A stretch of 64,000 nucleotides of DNA from Planctomycetota bacterium (GTDB lineage Bacteria; Planctomycetota; UBA1135; UBA2386): NCBI GenBank assembly GCA_965228735.1, contig OZ245838.1, forward strand, positions 6,976,001 to 7,040,000, written 5' to 3'. How positions within the stretch are numbered: position 1 is the first letter of the stretch; every line of letters begins with the position of its first letter. The notes beneath the pieces are model-generated. The model was not told the origin of the DNA. It saw nothing but the letters and a program-made list of their open reading frames with translations, and made no database searches. Shown here one piece after another: positions 35,920-47,100 of the stretch. A program made the translations under genes and the position numbers.

Positions 35920-37329
35920 ATGCGGATCGCGCTGTTCTCCTACGAGTATCCGCCCGAGACCGGCTTCGGCGGCATCGGGACCTACTCGTTCTATCAGGCC
36001 CGCGCGCTGGCCAAGAACGGCCACGACGTGCACGTGTTTGCCGGTTCGACCGAGGACGGCATCCACCACAGCGAACACGAGGGCGTCAAGGTCACGCGCA
36101 TCAAGCGGCAAGGGTGGTTTCACGGCACGCTCGAGGGGCTGCGCAATCGCCGCGCGTGGTGGGCGGCCAACCGACTCGAGACCGGCTTCGGCGCTTTCGA
36201 GGCGTTCCGGCACCAGATGGACAAGACACCGTTCGACTTCATCGAGGCGCCCGAGTGCGGCGCCGACTCGATGATGACGAGCACGCTGCTCGACGTGCCG
36301 ACGGCGATCAAGTTCCACTCGCCGGCGCGCCTGATCATGAACATCTACGACGTGCCCAAGATCGACCGCGAGATGACCGCGTTCGTCGAGCAGGTCGGGA
36401 TCAATCAGGCCACCGTGCTCACGTCATGCAGCCGCTTCCTCGCCGACGACGTCGCGGCGAAGATGAACGAGAAGAAGCCGATCCACGTGATCGGCAACGG
36501 CATCGACGTCGAGCTGTTCGACCAGGACACGGGCGTCGACGTCTACGCCAAGTGGAACCTGCCGAAGGACAAGAAGCTCATCTTCTTCGCCAACCGGATG
36601 GAGGAGCGCAAGGGCATCCACATCGTGCGTGAGATGGTGCAGCGGTGTCTCGCGAAGTACGAGGACATCGCGTTCGTCTTCGCCGGGCGTGATCTCTTCG
36701 GCTACATGGAGAAGCAGATCCTGCCGTGGGTGCAGGACAACGGCCTGCAGGAGCGCTTCTTCTACGTCGGTGGGCTGGATCTGCCGCACGTGCGCGCGAT
36801 GCAGAAGGCCGCGAGCATCTTCCTCGTCGCGAGCCTGTGGGAGAACGCGCCGTACTCGTGCATCGAGGCGATGACCGCGCGGTGCGCGATCGTGAGTTCG
36901 GATTGTGGCGGCATGCCGGAGCTCATCGACGATCACCGCACGGGGTTGCTCGCGCGGAACGGCGACCCTGACTCCTTCGTGAAGGCGCTCGAGGAGATGA
37001 TCGAGGATGATTCTCTGCGCGAACGCTGCGGCGAAGCCGCGCGCGCGGAGGTCGAGAAGCGCTTCACGGACGTCCACATCGCGAAGCAGAGCGTCGAGGT
37101 CTACCAGAGCTATCTCGACGGCGCGCCGGCCGTGACGGAGGGTCAGACGGAGCGAGTGGCACGGGTGCAGGCTGCCGAAGCCGGGATCAACGCGACCGAG
37201 GCCGGTGAACTCCGTGCGCGAATCGCGGCGCTGGAGAGCGAGCTCGCGATCCTCAAGACTCGCCGTGAGTGGCGATGGGGCCGCCGGCTCTTGAGCATCA
37301 CCACGCTCGGTCGCAGCGGGCGCGGATAG
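35920..37329 (+). CDS. GT4 glycosyltransferase with C-terminal coiled coil and basic tail
   Basis: EYPPETGFGGIGTY, RMEERKG, WENAPYSCIEAM. Confidence 0.92.
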   Translation: MRIALFSYEYPPETGFGGIGTYSFYQARALAKNGHDVHVFAGSTEDGIHHSEHEGVKVTRIKRQGWFHGTLEGLRNRRAWWAANRLETGFGAFEAFRHQMDKTPFDFIEAPECGADSMMTSTLLDVPTAIKFHSPARLIMNIYDVPKIDREMTAFVEQVGINQATVLTSCSRFLADDVAAKMNEKKPIHVIGNGIDVELFDQDTGVDVYAKWNLPKDKKLIFFANRMEERKGIHIVREMVQRCLAKYEDIAFVFAGRDLFGYMEKQILPWVQDNGLQERFFYVGGLDLPHVRAMQKAASIFLVASLWENAPYSCIEAMTARCAIVSSDCGGMPELIDDHRTGLLARNGDPDSFVKALEEMIEDDSLRERCGEAARAEVEKRFTDVHIAKQSVEVYQSYLDGAPAVTEGQTERVARVQAAEAGINATEAGELRARIAALESELAILKTRREWRWGRRLLSITTLGRSGRG

Positions 37330-37446
37330 AGCGGAAGATTGCCGGTCCCTGGGCCGTGCTGGGCGGGTGGCGCGTGGCCAGCTGTTCGCATAGCGTCCGG
37401 TCTCGAGTTCGCGCCGTGCGCCACAGCGGCGCTCGAGAAGGGATCG

Positions 37447-38481
37447 ATGAACCGCAATGAGAATGAACAGCGTTCGCCCGGCAGCATCTCGGGTGGCGTC
37501 GGCGCAGTGGAGAGACGGACCGACCTGGCCGTTCCGCAGCTAGCCAGTGAGCTGTTCGCCGCGGTGCAGGAACTCGGAGACCTCCGCGGATCGGAGCACG
37601 TCGTCCGGTTGCTGGGAACCCTGGTCGCGAACCTGGAGGCCAGGCTCGATACCCCCGGGAATCGGTTCGCCAGAACCAAAACCGGTCACGCCGCCCGCAT
37701 GCTCCTGGCTCACCCCGACATGAGCCTCGAGCGAGTTCGCGGTGGGACGTTCGTCGACTTCGGCTGCGGGGCCGTCAGTCCGTTATCCAGCCTCGTCGTG
37801 CTCAAGGCCCTCGGTGCCGCGCGCTGCATCGGCATCGATCTCGATGCACTCGCAGAGACGATCGCCGTGCGTGCCATGGCCCGGACGGCCCTGGAGTTGA
37901 TGGGCGAGCCGACGCTGTACTTCCCCTCCCGGCGACTCGATCGCGAGTACGTGCAGGCCAACCTTCGCGGGCTCGACATCCGCGCCTGCCTGGAGGGTGA
38001 ACACAAGGGCATGCTCGCGGCGTTGGGGTCGTTTCCGGTCGAGTACCGACGCGCGAGAGCGGAGAACACGGGGCTCGATGATGCGAGCGTCGATGGCGTC
38101 ACGAGCTTTTCGTTTCTCGAGCACGTGCCCGATCCGGACGCCGTGATCGCCGAGATGGCGCGCGTCTGCAAGCCCGGCGCCGTCGGTCGCCACACGATCG
38201 ACGGCGCCGATCACCGCAGCTACTCGAACCCCAAGATCGGTAGGCTCCAGTTCCTGTACGAGAGCTCGGGCGAGCCCATTCTGTACGGCTGCAACCGGAT
38301 CCGGCCGCTCGACTTTGTCCCCATCTTCGAGCGCCATGGCTTCGAGGTGGTGGAGCACTCGGCGACACGAAGCGAATCAGTGAGCGCGAAAGATCGTTCG
38401 CGAATGGCGGAACCATACCGTTCGATGCCGATGGCGACGTTGTCGACGCTGGGCGCGCAGGTGTCGTTGCGTCGGCGCTGA
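37447..38481 (+). CDS. Class I SAM-dependent methyltransferase
   Basis: FVDFGCG, DDASVDGVTSFSFLEHVPD, RVCKPG. Start position uncertain. Confidence 0.82.
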   Translation: MNRNENEQRSPGSISGGVGAVERRTDLAVPQLASELFAAVQELGDLRGSEHVVRLLGTLVANLEARLDTPGNRFARTKTGHAARMLLAHPDMSLERVRGGTFVDFGCGAVSPLSSLVVLKALGAARCIGIDLDALAETIAVRAMARTALELMGEPTLYFPSRRLDREYVQANLRGLDIRACLEGEHKGMLAALGSFPVEYRRARAENTGLDDASVDGVTSFSFLEHVPDPDAVIAEMARVCKPGAVGRHTIDGADHRSYSNPKIGRLQFLYESSGEPILYGCNRIRPLDFVPIFERHGFEVVEHSATRSESVSAKDRSRMAEPYRSMPMATLSTLGAQVSLRRR

Positions 38482-38503
38482 ACGCGATCTCTGATCCGGC
38501 GCC

Positions 38504-39409
38504 TCAGCCCTTGACGCGGCCGACGACCGCGATGCCGTTACTCTGCACCTCGAGCGAATACTGCTGCTGGGGCGTGACGAGCCGCAGGGCGCCGGCGGGC
38601 AGGTCATGGGTTGCACCGCCGATCTCGATTCGGCTGCCGGCGACGGACGCGACGACGAGTTCGTCGGTCGCCGACTTGCGCGCATGCCGGCCAGGCGCGA
38701 GCACTTCGAGGGTCAGGTGGTCGCCGCGCAGCGTGGTGACGGCAGACCCCGGTTGCCACACCGTCGGCCGGCGTTCGGGCCTCGTCGCCGCGAGGGCGTC
38801 GTCGATCTGCAGCGGTCGGCCGCTGCCGTAGTCGTAGAGGCGATAGGTGCAGTCTGCGGGCTGCTGCAGCTCGGCGATGAGACAGCCGCCGCCGATCGCG
38901 TGCACGGTGCCGGCCGGCACGAGGATGACCGTGCCGGCGCGGACGGGGATCGCCTCGATCATCGCGAGCAGGTCACCGCCGCTCTCGGGGGCCTGCTCGG
39001 AACGTCGGACGGCCGCCTCGAACGTGGCGCGGTCGACGCCCGGCTTGATGCCGGCGATCACCTGCGCATTGGCGTCCGCCTCGAGCACGACCCAGGCCTC
39101 TTCCTTGCCGGGCCGCCCGCTGTCAGGGTCGTCCGTCGGGTGGACCTGAACACTCAGGGGCTGGGAAGTGTCGAGTAGCTTGGCGAGGAACGGCAACTCG
39201 CGCCCCAGCACTTCGCCGAGGCGTCGGCCGTCGCTACGACTCTCGCTGCCGGGCATCGTCGAGAACTCCCACGACTCGCCGATCGGCCGCGCGATGCCGG
39301 GTGGCGCGTTGCGGAGCTTCGCGAGCCTCGGTCCGCCCCAGGGCCGCGTCTTGAGGGTCGCGGGGCCCGGTTCCGGGGTGAGCATGGCGGGCTGCGGTGT
39401 CGACGTCAT
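38504..39409 (-). CDS. manA: Type I phosphomannose isomerase (cupin)
   Basis: RPWGG, IGESWE, PFLAKLLD, LSVQVHP, GKEEAW, VPAGTVHAIG, TYRLYDYG. Confidence 0.9.
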   Translation of the reverse strand: MTSTPQPAMLTPEPGPATLKTRPWGGPRLAKLRNAPPGIARPIGESWEFSTMPGSESRSDGRRLGEVLGRELPFLAKLLDTSQPLSVQVHPTDDPDSGRPGKEEAWVVLEADANAQVIAGIKPGVDRATFEAAVRRSEQAPESGGDLLAMIEAIPVRAGTVILVPAGTVHAIGGGCLIAELQQPADCTYRLYDYGSGRPLQIDDALAATRPERRPTVWQPGSAVTTLRGDHLTLEVLAPGRHARKSATDELVVASVAGSRIEIGGATHDLPAGALRLVTPQQQYSLEVQSNGIAVVGRVKG

Positions 39410-39443
39410 CGCGGTGGTCGTTGGGCGGGCCGGCGCTGCCTGC

Positions 39444-40187
39444 TCACTGCGTGAGCATGTAGCTCCAACGGCCGAGCGCCGCCTGGACTTCGTCATAGTT
39501 CGCGATCTCGTCGCGCAGCGGGCCGCCGGCGAGTTGCGCGACCTTGATGGCGAGTTCCGGGCTCGGATCGAGTCCGAGGAACTCGACGGCCTTCTGGCCG
39601 CCGACTTTGGGGTCTGCGGCCAGGTCTTCGTAGGTCACGTCGAGTGTCGGGTTGGTCGCGAATGTGCGCTCGGCCTCGGCAGTCTCGCTCTCGGCGCGCG
39701 GGATGTCGGCCAGCAACCGCCCGATGTCGACGACGATGGGCTCGGGTGGGCGCTTCGGAACGTCGTCCCTGACCGATCGCTGATACACGCTGGACTGGCG
39801 CGCTCGTTCGGAGGAAATGAACCGTCGTAAGAGGTTGCTGCGCTTGATGTGTACGACCTTCCACTCGCTGTCGCGCGCGACGAGGTCACGAATGACCGGC
39901 ATCGTAGCCGTCTGGTAGTAGAGCAGTTTGAACCCGATTGCCCGGATCTCCCGCGTCGCGCTGCGCTCGAACAGTTGCTCGAGGAACTGCAGCGGGTCGG
40001 TCTCGCGCAGCTGCAAGAGCCTCGCGTCGTCGCGCAGCGACAGCACGGGCCAATCGAGCACTCCGTCCTCGATCTTCTTCGGGTGGAAGATCTCGCCGCC
40101 TGCGATCGCATTGGGATGGGATCCGATGAGCCCCTGGAGGAGCGTCGTGCCGGTTCGGGCATTCCCGATGATGAGAAACTTCTGCAT
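39444..40187 (-). CDS. Stf0-like sulfotransferase
   Basis: 5'-PSB-like loop ARTGTTLL, HP...GEIF, GFKLLYYQ, HIKRSNLLRRFIS, YEDL. Confidence 0.85.
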   Translation of the reverse strand: MQKFLIIGNARTGTTLLQGLIGSHPNAIAGGEIFHPKKIEDGVLDWPVLSLRDDARLLQLRETDPLQFLEQLFERSATREIRAIGFKLLYYQTATMPVIRDLVARDSEWKVVHIKRSNLLRRFISSERARQSSVYQRSVRDDVPKRPPEPIVVDIGRLLADIPRAESETAEAERTFATNPTLDVTYEDLAADPKVGGQKAVEFLGLDPSPELAIKVAQLAGGPLRDEIANYDEVQAALGRWSYMLTQ

Positions 40188-40218
40188 GGGGTTCGCGGTT
40201 CCTGGGCGTCCAGGGAAG

Positions 40219-41067
40219 CTACGACTTCCCGTGCGAGAAGTCGCGCAGCAGCGCGCGACACGGTGCCATCAGCGCCTGCGTGGCGTCATCGTGCATCTCG
40301 GGCGTCGGGTAGTAGTGGTTGTACAAGAATCCGTCCGTGTCGCGGCGCGTGCCTTCAACGGCAGTCGGGGCGCGCCAAAGCCTCTGTGGGAAGCCGCGGC
40401 GAGAGACCGACTCGACATACTCGGATGCCTCGGGGCGAATCGCGTCGATCGTCGATCGGTCGACGAACTGCGGATACGGGCCCACGAGGTCGTGCACGGA
40501 CCCGAACTCCAATGTGTAGTCCGGCGATCGCGTCGCGAACCAGAACAGCACGGTCGGTCGACCGATCTCCGTCAACAGCGCTCGAAACTGGGCGACAAAG
40601 TCGGCGCGGGTTTCCTGAACGATCTTCTCGACGAAGTCGCGCGGCTTCGTGCGAAGGAGCTCCGCGAGCAGGGGTTCGAGGCGCCCGCGTTCTCCGGTCG
40701 CGGTGATGGTGCCCTGAATGTCACCGTCCGTGCGGAACGCCGAGTTGCTCGCGCTGCGGCCAGAGAGGACCTGGGCGATAACGAGGCGCGCGCCTTGCAG
40801 TACTCGCATCAGGCCCGGCTTGCGATAGAACGCGGGCCCGGTCCCACCGATCGCCAGGTTGAGCACGGGCAGCTCTAGGGCCTCCTGCAGCTGTGATGGG
40901 TACGGCCGCTCGCAGAAGCGACCGAACGTCTGCGCTGCTCCGATGCAGGCCGCATACGGCTGGTCGAAGTCGACCCCAGGGCCGCGGATCGGTCGCGGGA
41001 TCCCCTCGATGTCGATGATCCCGTAGTCGATGAACGGCTCGTCGAGCCTCTGGTAGTAGCGCGACAT
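40219..41067 (-). CDS. DUF6473-like protein (possible SGNH-like fold)
   Basis: IRGP...YAACIGAAQTFGRF..PYP...VLNLAIGGTGP and terminal YYPTPEMH match my recollection of DUF6473. Confidence 0.65.
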   Translation of the reverse strand: MSRYYQRLDEPFIDYGIIDIEGIPRPIRGPGVDFDQPYAACIGAAQTFGRFCERPYPSQLQEALELPVLNLAIGGTGPAFYRKPGLMRVLQGARLVIAQVLSGRSASNSAFRTDGDIQGTITATGERGRLEPLLAELLRTKPRDFVEKIVQETRADFVAQFRALLTEIGRPTVLFWFATRSPDYTLEFGSVHDLVGPYPQFVDRSTIDAIRPEASEYVESVSRRGFPQRLWRAPTAVEGTRRDTDGFLYNHYYPTPEMHDDATQALMAPCRALLRDFSHGKS

Positions 41068-41073
41068 CGTCGG

Positions 41074-41832
41074 TCAGTTGTCGAAGTACGATACCCAGGA
41101 TGCGAACATCGCTCGCAGCTCGTCGTGGTTGCGGATTGCGTCTTTCAGTGGGTCGGTGCCGGTCTTGCGCTCGCCGAGTTCCAGGTCCCTGGGCGGCAGG
41201 CCGAGGAAGTCGAGTACGGCGACCGCCACGGACTGCGGGTCGCTCTCGAGGTCTTCGTAGGAGACGTGGTGGATCGACTTGTTGGCGAACGTCTCGTCAA
41301 TGAGCCGTTCCTTGTTCATGTGGACGAGGTAATCGCGGACACAGAGGCGGAAGTCGATGTGCACGGGTCGAGGCGCGGGCTTCCTGGCGCCGTCCTTGGC
41401 CGAGTTCTTCCACTTGTCGCTCTGTTGCGCGCGCGTGTGCGACAGGAACCGGCGGAGTCGGTTGTGGCGCTTGATGTGAATCACGCGCAAGTCCGGAATG
41501 CCCTGCAGGAAGTCCACGACCTCCGGGTTGCGCTCGGCCTGGTAGTACATGAGCTTGAAGCCGAACGCGCCGAGTCGCTGGCCGGTCGCGATCTGGCCGA
41601 GTTCGGCGAGCATGGCGTTCTTGTCGGTCTTGCGCAGCGCGACCAGATCGTCGCGATCCCATACCGGTGGCCACGGGATCGGGTCATCGAGGTGACGGCC
41701 GTTGAAGATCTCGCCCGCGGCGCCGATCTCGGGGTGCGACCGCAGCATGGAGACGAGCAGGTTCGAGCCGGTGCGCTCGGCACAGCAGATCACGAACCAC
41801 GTGGGCGTAGTCTCGGGGCCGCCGGCGTTCAT
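41074..41832 (-). CDS. Stf0-like sulfotransferase
   Basis: ERTGSNLL, SHPEI..GEIFN, GFKLMYYQ, HIKRHNRLRRFLS, YEDL. Confidence 0.85.
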   Translation of the reverse strand: MNAGGPETTPTWFVICCAERTGSNLLVSMLRSHPEIGAAGEIFNGRHLDDPIPWPPVWDRDDLVALRKTDKNAMLAELGQIATGQRLGAFGFKLMYYQAERNPEVVDFLQGIPDLRVIHIKRHNRLRRFLSHTRAQQSDKWKNSAKDGARKPAPRPVHIDFRLCVRDYLVHMNKERLIDETFANKSIHHVSYEDLESDPQSVAVAVLDFLGLPPRDLELGERKTGTDPLKDAIRNHDELRAMFASWVSYFDN

Positions 41833-41838
41833 TCGCAG

Positions 41839-42600
41839 TCAGGAGATTGCCGGGTCGTCGGCGAGGAACTCTGCCCACGGCGTACCGGAGAACGCCGTCG
41901 CGAGCTCGTCGAAGTTCTCTATCACGGCGGACAACGGCTGCACGACCTGGCGTCTCGTGCCTTGTTCGAGGTGGTGGCGCGGTGCGCCGAGGAAGTCGAG
42001 AATGCGTTCCGAGTAGCCGGTGGGGTCTGCCGCGAGGTCTTCGTAGACAATCTCGAGCGTCGCGTGGTCGCGGAAGAACTCGTCGCCCTCGCGTTCGTAG
42101 CCGATCGTCCGCTCGAAGGACTCGATGCACTGCTTCGGCCACAGCTTGATCGTGACGTCCGAGTGGGCCTCCTTGTCGGAGCTGATCGACCACTTCTTCG
42201 TCAGCTTGGCGAGCTTCTCTGAGAGGTGCTTGCGGAGTCGGTTGCGGCGCTTGATATGCAGCACTTTCAGGCTCGGGTCCGATCTGAGGTGGAGCCAGAC
42301 GGACTCCCAGTTCGGCTCGCGGGCGTGATAGTAGAAGATCTTGAAGCCGACGAAACGCGTCTTCGGCCCCACGTTCGTGAACACCCGTTGTTCGAGGAAT
42401 CGAACCGGGTCCGACGCCCGCAGTTCGAGATCACCCGCGCCCTCGCGGGGGTGGCCGCCCCAGAGAATCTTGTCGGGTTCTGAGTCGTTGAACAGCTCGT
42501 TCATGCACCGAATCTCGGGGTGTGAGTTGAGCATGCTCACGAGCAGGTTGGAGCCCGTGCGCCCGCAGCCGAGTACGATGAATCGCTGAACGTCAGACAC
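41839..42600 (-). CDS. Stf0-like sulfotransferase
   Basis: GRTGSNLL, SHPEI..NELFN, GFKIFYYH, HIKRRNRLRKHLS, YEDL. Confidence 0.85.
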   Translation of the reverse strand: MSDVQRFIVLGCGRTGSNLLVSMLNSHPEIRCMNELFNDSEPDKILWGGHPREGAGDLELRASDPVRFLEQRVFTNVGPKTRFVGFKIFYYHAREPNWESVWLHLRSDPSLKVLHIKRRNRLRKHLSEKLAKLTKKWSISSDKEAHSDVTIKLWPKQCIESFERTIGYEREGDEFFRDHATLEIVYEDLAADPTGYSERILDFLGAPRHHLEQGTRRQVVQPLSAVIENFDELATAFSGTPWAEFLADDPAIS

Positions 42601-42606
42601 GACGTC

Positions 42607-42612
42607 AGGTTA
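42607..42612 (-). promoter_or_regulatory. -10-like hexamer TAACCT, 6 nt upstream of the GTG start of the sulfotransferase operon
   Basis: Minus strand reads TAACCT-GACGTC-GTG, with no SD sequence. Confidence 0.5.
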
Positions 42613-42735
42613 GCCCGGAACGCAGGCGATTCGAGGTCCGATCCCGATTCGAGAGGCCCCGTCCCTTCGGGGTTTCGAGCCGGTTGTCGGGTATCGAACG
42701 TGCCCTGGCATCGGCGTGGTGGTCACGATCGAGCT

Positions 42736-44169
42736 ATGGCTGCCCGAGCCATCGAGCTATCGTCTCGCCGCGCTCCCATGCTCTCCGATCGCCCGCAAAC
42801 CGGCATCCGCTCGTGGCTGAAGAAGCAGTTTCGGATCGCGCGGGATCGCTGGACGCGTGCGTCGTTACGTCGCCGGCCGGCGAGCGGGGATCGTGTGATC
42901 ATGGCACCGACATGGGCGTTCCCGAATCCGACGCATGCGTTCGTCTACCAGGACATGCTCGGGTTCCTCGGGCGGGGGTTCGACGTCCTCGTCTTCATGG
43001 GAGAGCGCCAGGCGGGTCGGGATGTCGCGGCGCGCTTTCGGCCATTGCTCGATCGGACCGTTTGCGTCGAAACCGTTCGCAGAATCCACACCGAGGATCT
43101 CGCAGCGCTCGATCGCGAGCACCCGGGCCGGGTCGACGCGTTTCTGGAGCGGGTTGCTTCGGCCGTCGGTCGCAGCGTGTCGGAGCTGCGTCGGGACCCG
43201 CTCGTGCTCCGCGCTTGCACGTTCACCCGGCTCGCAGAGTTGGCGCAGGCGCGCTATCTGCAGAGCTGGTTCTTCTACGACCAGTCGTTCATGGCGATGT
43301 TCGCGGCGGAGGTTCTCGCGGTTCCGCGAGGGATCGCGTGCTACACGGACCACATGCTTGCCGACTTTCCGTTCAAGCTCGTCGGGTTGCATCTGGCGAC
43401 CGCCGATCTCGTATTCGCGACGAGCGAGCGGACCAGGCGGCAACTGTTGCAGATCGGCGGGGCGGAGTGTGCTCCGAGGATTCTTGTCAAGCCGATCGGG
43501 GTCGACGGCGAAGCGCTGCGCGCCGTTCGGGCGCAGCGCCAGAGGCTAGGGGGTGATGGATTCCAGCTGCTGTCGATCAGCCGGATCGAGCCGAAGAAGG
43601 GGCTGCTGACGCTCGTCGAAGCCTGCGCCGAGTTGATGCGCCGCGGTCGAGTGTTTCAGGTGCGGCTGGTCGGCGGGGAAGATTCCGGTCACGCGGCGAG
43701 CGCGGACTACGCGGGTCGGGTTCGAGACCGCATCGCGGAGTACGGGCTGAGCGCGGTGATCGAGCTCACGGGTTCGATGGCGCATGACGCGATCGCGGCC
43801 GCGCTGGCCCGGGCGTCCGCGTTCGTCGCCCCCTACGTCGAAACCGAGGACGGCGACTCGGACGGCATGCCGACCGCGGTGCTCGAGGCGATGGCCGCGG
43901 GTCTGCCGGTCGTGTGCAGCCGAGCCGGTGCGATCGCGGAAGCCGTCGACGATGGCGTCGAAGGACTGGTCGTACCGCAACACGATGCGGCGACGCTCGC
44001 TGATGCCGTGGAACGGCTCATGGACGATCATGAACTCCGGGCCAGGCTCGGCCGCGGTGCGGCCTCGCGTTTCGACCGGGAGTTCGACCATCGGGTTACC
44101 GACGAGACGATGCACGCCCGCGTGAACGAAGTGCTCGAAAGCCGGGCTCGCGGGTCAGCGGGGAAGTAG
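42736..44169 (+). CDS. GT4 glycosyltransferase (WcaL-like)
   Basis: FPNPTHAFVYQD, ISRIEPKKG, DGDSDGMPTAVLEAMAAG. Start could alternatively be 42778. Confidence 0.88.
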   Translation: MAARAIELSSRRAPMLSDRPQTGIRSWLKKQFRIARDRWTRASLRRRPASGDRVIMAPTWAFPNPTHAFVYQDMLGFLGRGFDVLVFMGERQAGRDVAARFRPLLDRTVCVETVRRIHTEDLAALDREHPGRVDAFLERVASAVGRSVSELRRDPLVLRACTFTRLAELAQARYLQSWFFYDQSFMAMFAAEVLAVPRGIACYTDHMLADFPFKLVGLHLATADLVFATSERTRRQLLQIGGAECAPRILVKPIGVDGEALRAVRAQRQRLGGDGFQLLSISRIEPKKGLLTLVEACAELMRRGRVFQVRLVGGEDSGHAASADYAGRVRDRIAEYGLSAVIELTGSMAHDAIAAALARASAFVAPYVETEDGDSDGMPTAVLEAMAAGLPVVCSRAGAIAEAVDDGVEGLVVPQHDAATLADAVERLMDDHELRARLGRGAASRFDREFDHRVTDETMHARVNEVLESRARGSAGK

Positions 44170-47100
44170 CAGCCGGATCCGTTCCGCAATCGTTGCGCGC
44201 GTGCGCTCCGAGGCGAACTCCTCGAAGTATCGCTTTCGGCCGTTCGTGCCGAGTGCCGTCTGCCGCGTGGGATCCCGGAGAAGCTGCGCGACCTGGTTCA
44301 CGAATCGGGCCGCTTGACCGGTAGGCACGAGTATGGCCTCGCGGTCCGCCCGCGCGGCGTCGGCCACGGAGGACACGTCGCAGCCGACGATCGGGATGCC
44401 GGCCGCCATGGCCGCGAGAACGCCGCGATCGAGTGGGGTGGGGCGCTGCTCGCTCCACGGCGCGAGCATTACCGCCGGTGGTCGTCCCAAGAACTGTCGA
44501 TGCTGGTGATCCAGGTCCGGGCCGTGGCCGCCTTCCGGCCTCCACTGGAACTGCCCCGCGATGCCGAACGCGCTCATGGTGGCGCGAACGTTGGCCGCGC
44601 ACGCTCGCGAGTCCGCGGAGCCCGGCATGACCGTTCCGAGGACGTCGAGTTCGAGTTGCCAGCCACGGTTCATCAGATCGATCGTCGTGGCCAGCAAACG
44701 GTCCCACCCCGGATCGGCTGACATCGGCGCCATCACGAGCAGGTGCGGCGGGGCGTCGATCCACGGCTTTTGCTCGCATTCGACGACCGGGAACGGCCGC
44801 ATGACGGTGTGATCGGCAGGCACGCCGTTCTCGAGCAAGGCGTTGCGGAGCTCGGGGGAACGGGGGACCAGCAATCCGGCGTTCGTGAACTCACGCCCGA
44901 GCCACCGCGATTGGGCTTCATCGTCGGCTTCGACCGTCCCAACGAACCCGACCCAGGGCACACCGAGCAGCTGGGAAGTGATGGCCGCGCGCACGAGCTC
45001 GGATCCGCGGCCGCCCGCGATCAGCAACTTTGCGCGTTCACGGCGTGCGGCCCGCGCGAACGCCAGGTGTTGGGCGAGGATGTCGAATGCGCGCTCCTCG
45101 TCGCCGCCACACGCGGATCCAAGAGTCGCGAGCAATGCGTCGCATCGGCTCTGAGCGCGGCTTCGAAAGTACCGCCAATGGCGTTGAACCTGCTCGGGGA
45201 AGGCCCATGCCACGGTCTCGCCCGGACCCGCATCGGATTGCTGTGTGCCGGCCGGCGCGTTGCCGTCGCGCAGCAGGATCGTGCGGTGCTCGGCGGCCGC
45301 CTCCTGGCAGAATCGTACGCTGTCCGCGCGGTCGCCTTCGTCGGACACCACGGCGACAACGATCGTCGGCGCGACGTAGGGGCTGGCCCATCGGGGCCGC
45401 AGGGCCGCTGCGGCGGCTTTCGTCTTGCGATGCCACTTGCCGAGTCGGCGCAGCAGCTTTCTGCTCGAACTGCCGGGCTGCAATCGCAGGCCGCGAAACT
45501 GCGACATTGCAGCGCGATCGGACTCGGTTGCGAGCTCGAGTTCCGCGAGTTGCGTCGCGAGCTCGCGTTGGGCATGGGCTCGCGCTGCGAGCCCGCGATC
45601 GAACTCCGTGCGCTCGCGCTTCAGGACCGCCTGCAGCTCGTCGCGCTGGCGCTCGGTGGTGACGAGCTCGCCCCGGGTCTCGGCCAACGAGCTCGCAGCC
45701 GCGATGAGTTGCTCGCGAGCGGTGGCGAGCTCCGCGTGCGTGCGACCGAGTTCTTCCTTGGTGGCGCGCAGGTCGGTCTCAGTGGCTTCGAGCGCCGCCC
45801 GGGTCGAGGTCGCGTCCTGCTCGAGTTGGTTCAGCGACGCAGTGGCCCGGTTGTGCTCCGTCTGCAACTGCTGCAATCGCGCATCGACCTCGGCGATTTG
45901 CTCCTGCTTTGCCGTGAGCTCGTTCTGCGCGCTGACCAGCCGATCCTGAGCGGCATGCAGTTCGGACTCGATTCCGCGCAGTCGCGCGGCGTCGTCGTCG
46001 ATGCGCTTCTTCTGCCACTCGTCGCGGCTCCGCAGCGAGTAGACCTCGTCGGTCGTCGCCGTGTACTTGCTCGCGAGCGCGCGCGCGCGGCGGCGCTCGG
46101 CGGCCGTCGTCGGGTCGTTCTTCTGCCACGCGAGGCGTTCGAGGTTCGCGGCGAGGTCGGCGATCGCCGACGATTCGCGCGCATGGTGCTCGAGCCGGAA
46201 GCCACCGATGAGCTCGTTGAGGTAGAGCCCGGTCCAGTCGACCTCGGTGTTGTGACGCAGGTGCTCGGCGATGTCGCGCAGGGCGAGTTCGACCCGTTCG
46301 GCGCTGTCGTCCGGGAACTCGGCGATATGGTCGCGGATCGCGCGCGCGGCGACGCGGTCGACCTCGAGCGAATAGGCCCAGCGCGCCTCGTTCTCGAACC
46401 ACACCGTGTTGCTCGGATGCAGTCGGTAGGCGATGAGCCGGTCCGGCAGCCAGCGCAGCTTCTGCTCGCGCGCGCCGTCGAGGAACAGCTGCCAGTCGAG
46501 GCAGTACTTGAGGCTCCGCAGCGCGTCTTTGTGGTCGCGGAGCCAGTCCGTCCGACAGACGATATTGCTGCTCGTCGCGAGGAAGTTGCGTTCGAGCAAA
46601 GCGCCGAACAACCCGTCTGGCTGCGTGGATCGCGGCTTCGTGTTGTCGTACCAGTGCACCCAGTCGCGCACGTTGCGGCCGTGAAAGAGCGTGCTCGTGT
46701 TGTTCGTCGTCAGGCGCTTGTCGTCCTGGTCGATGATCGCCAGTCCGGTGCTCACGAGCTCGCACTCGGCGTCGTCGCGCAGCGCGGCGAGGCACTTCTC
46801 GAGCCGCTGCGGGTGGAACAGGTCGTCCGAGTTCAGCAGCGCGACGTACGGCGTTTCGATGGTCTCGAGCGCGTTGAGAACCGAGTTGCCGAGCCCGACG
46901 TTTTCGGGGTTGGTGCGGACCTCGAGTCGCGGATCGTGGATGGCCTCGGCCGCGGCGACGGTGCCGTCGGGGCTCTTGTCGTCGACGACGAGCACGCGCA
47001 GTTCGGGCGCGGTCTGCCCTAGCACGCTGTGGATCGTCGAGACGATGTACTGTTCGTGTTTGTAGGACGGGATCAGCACCGTGATCTCCGCCGCGTCGCG

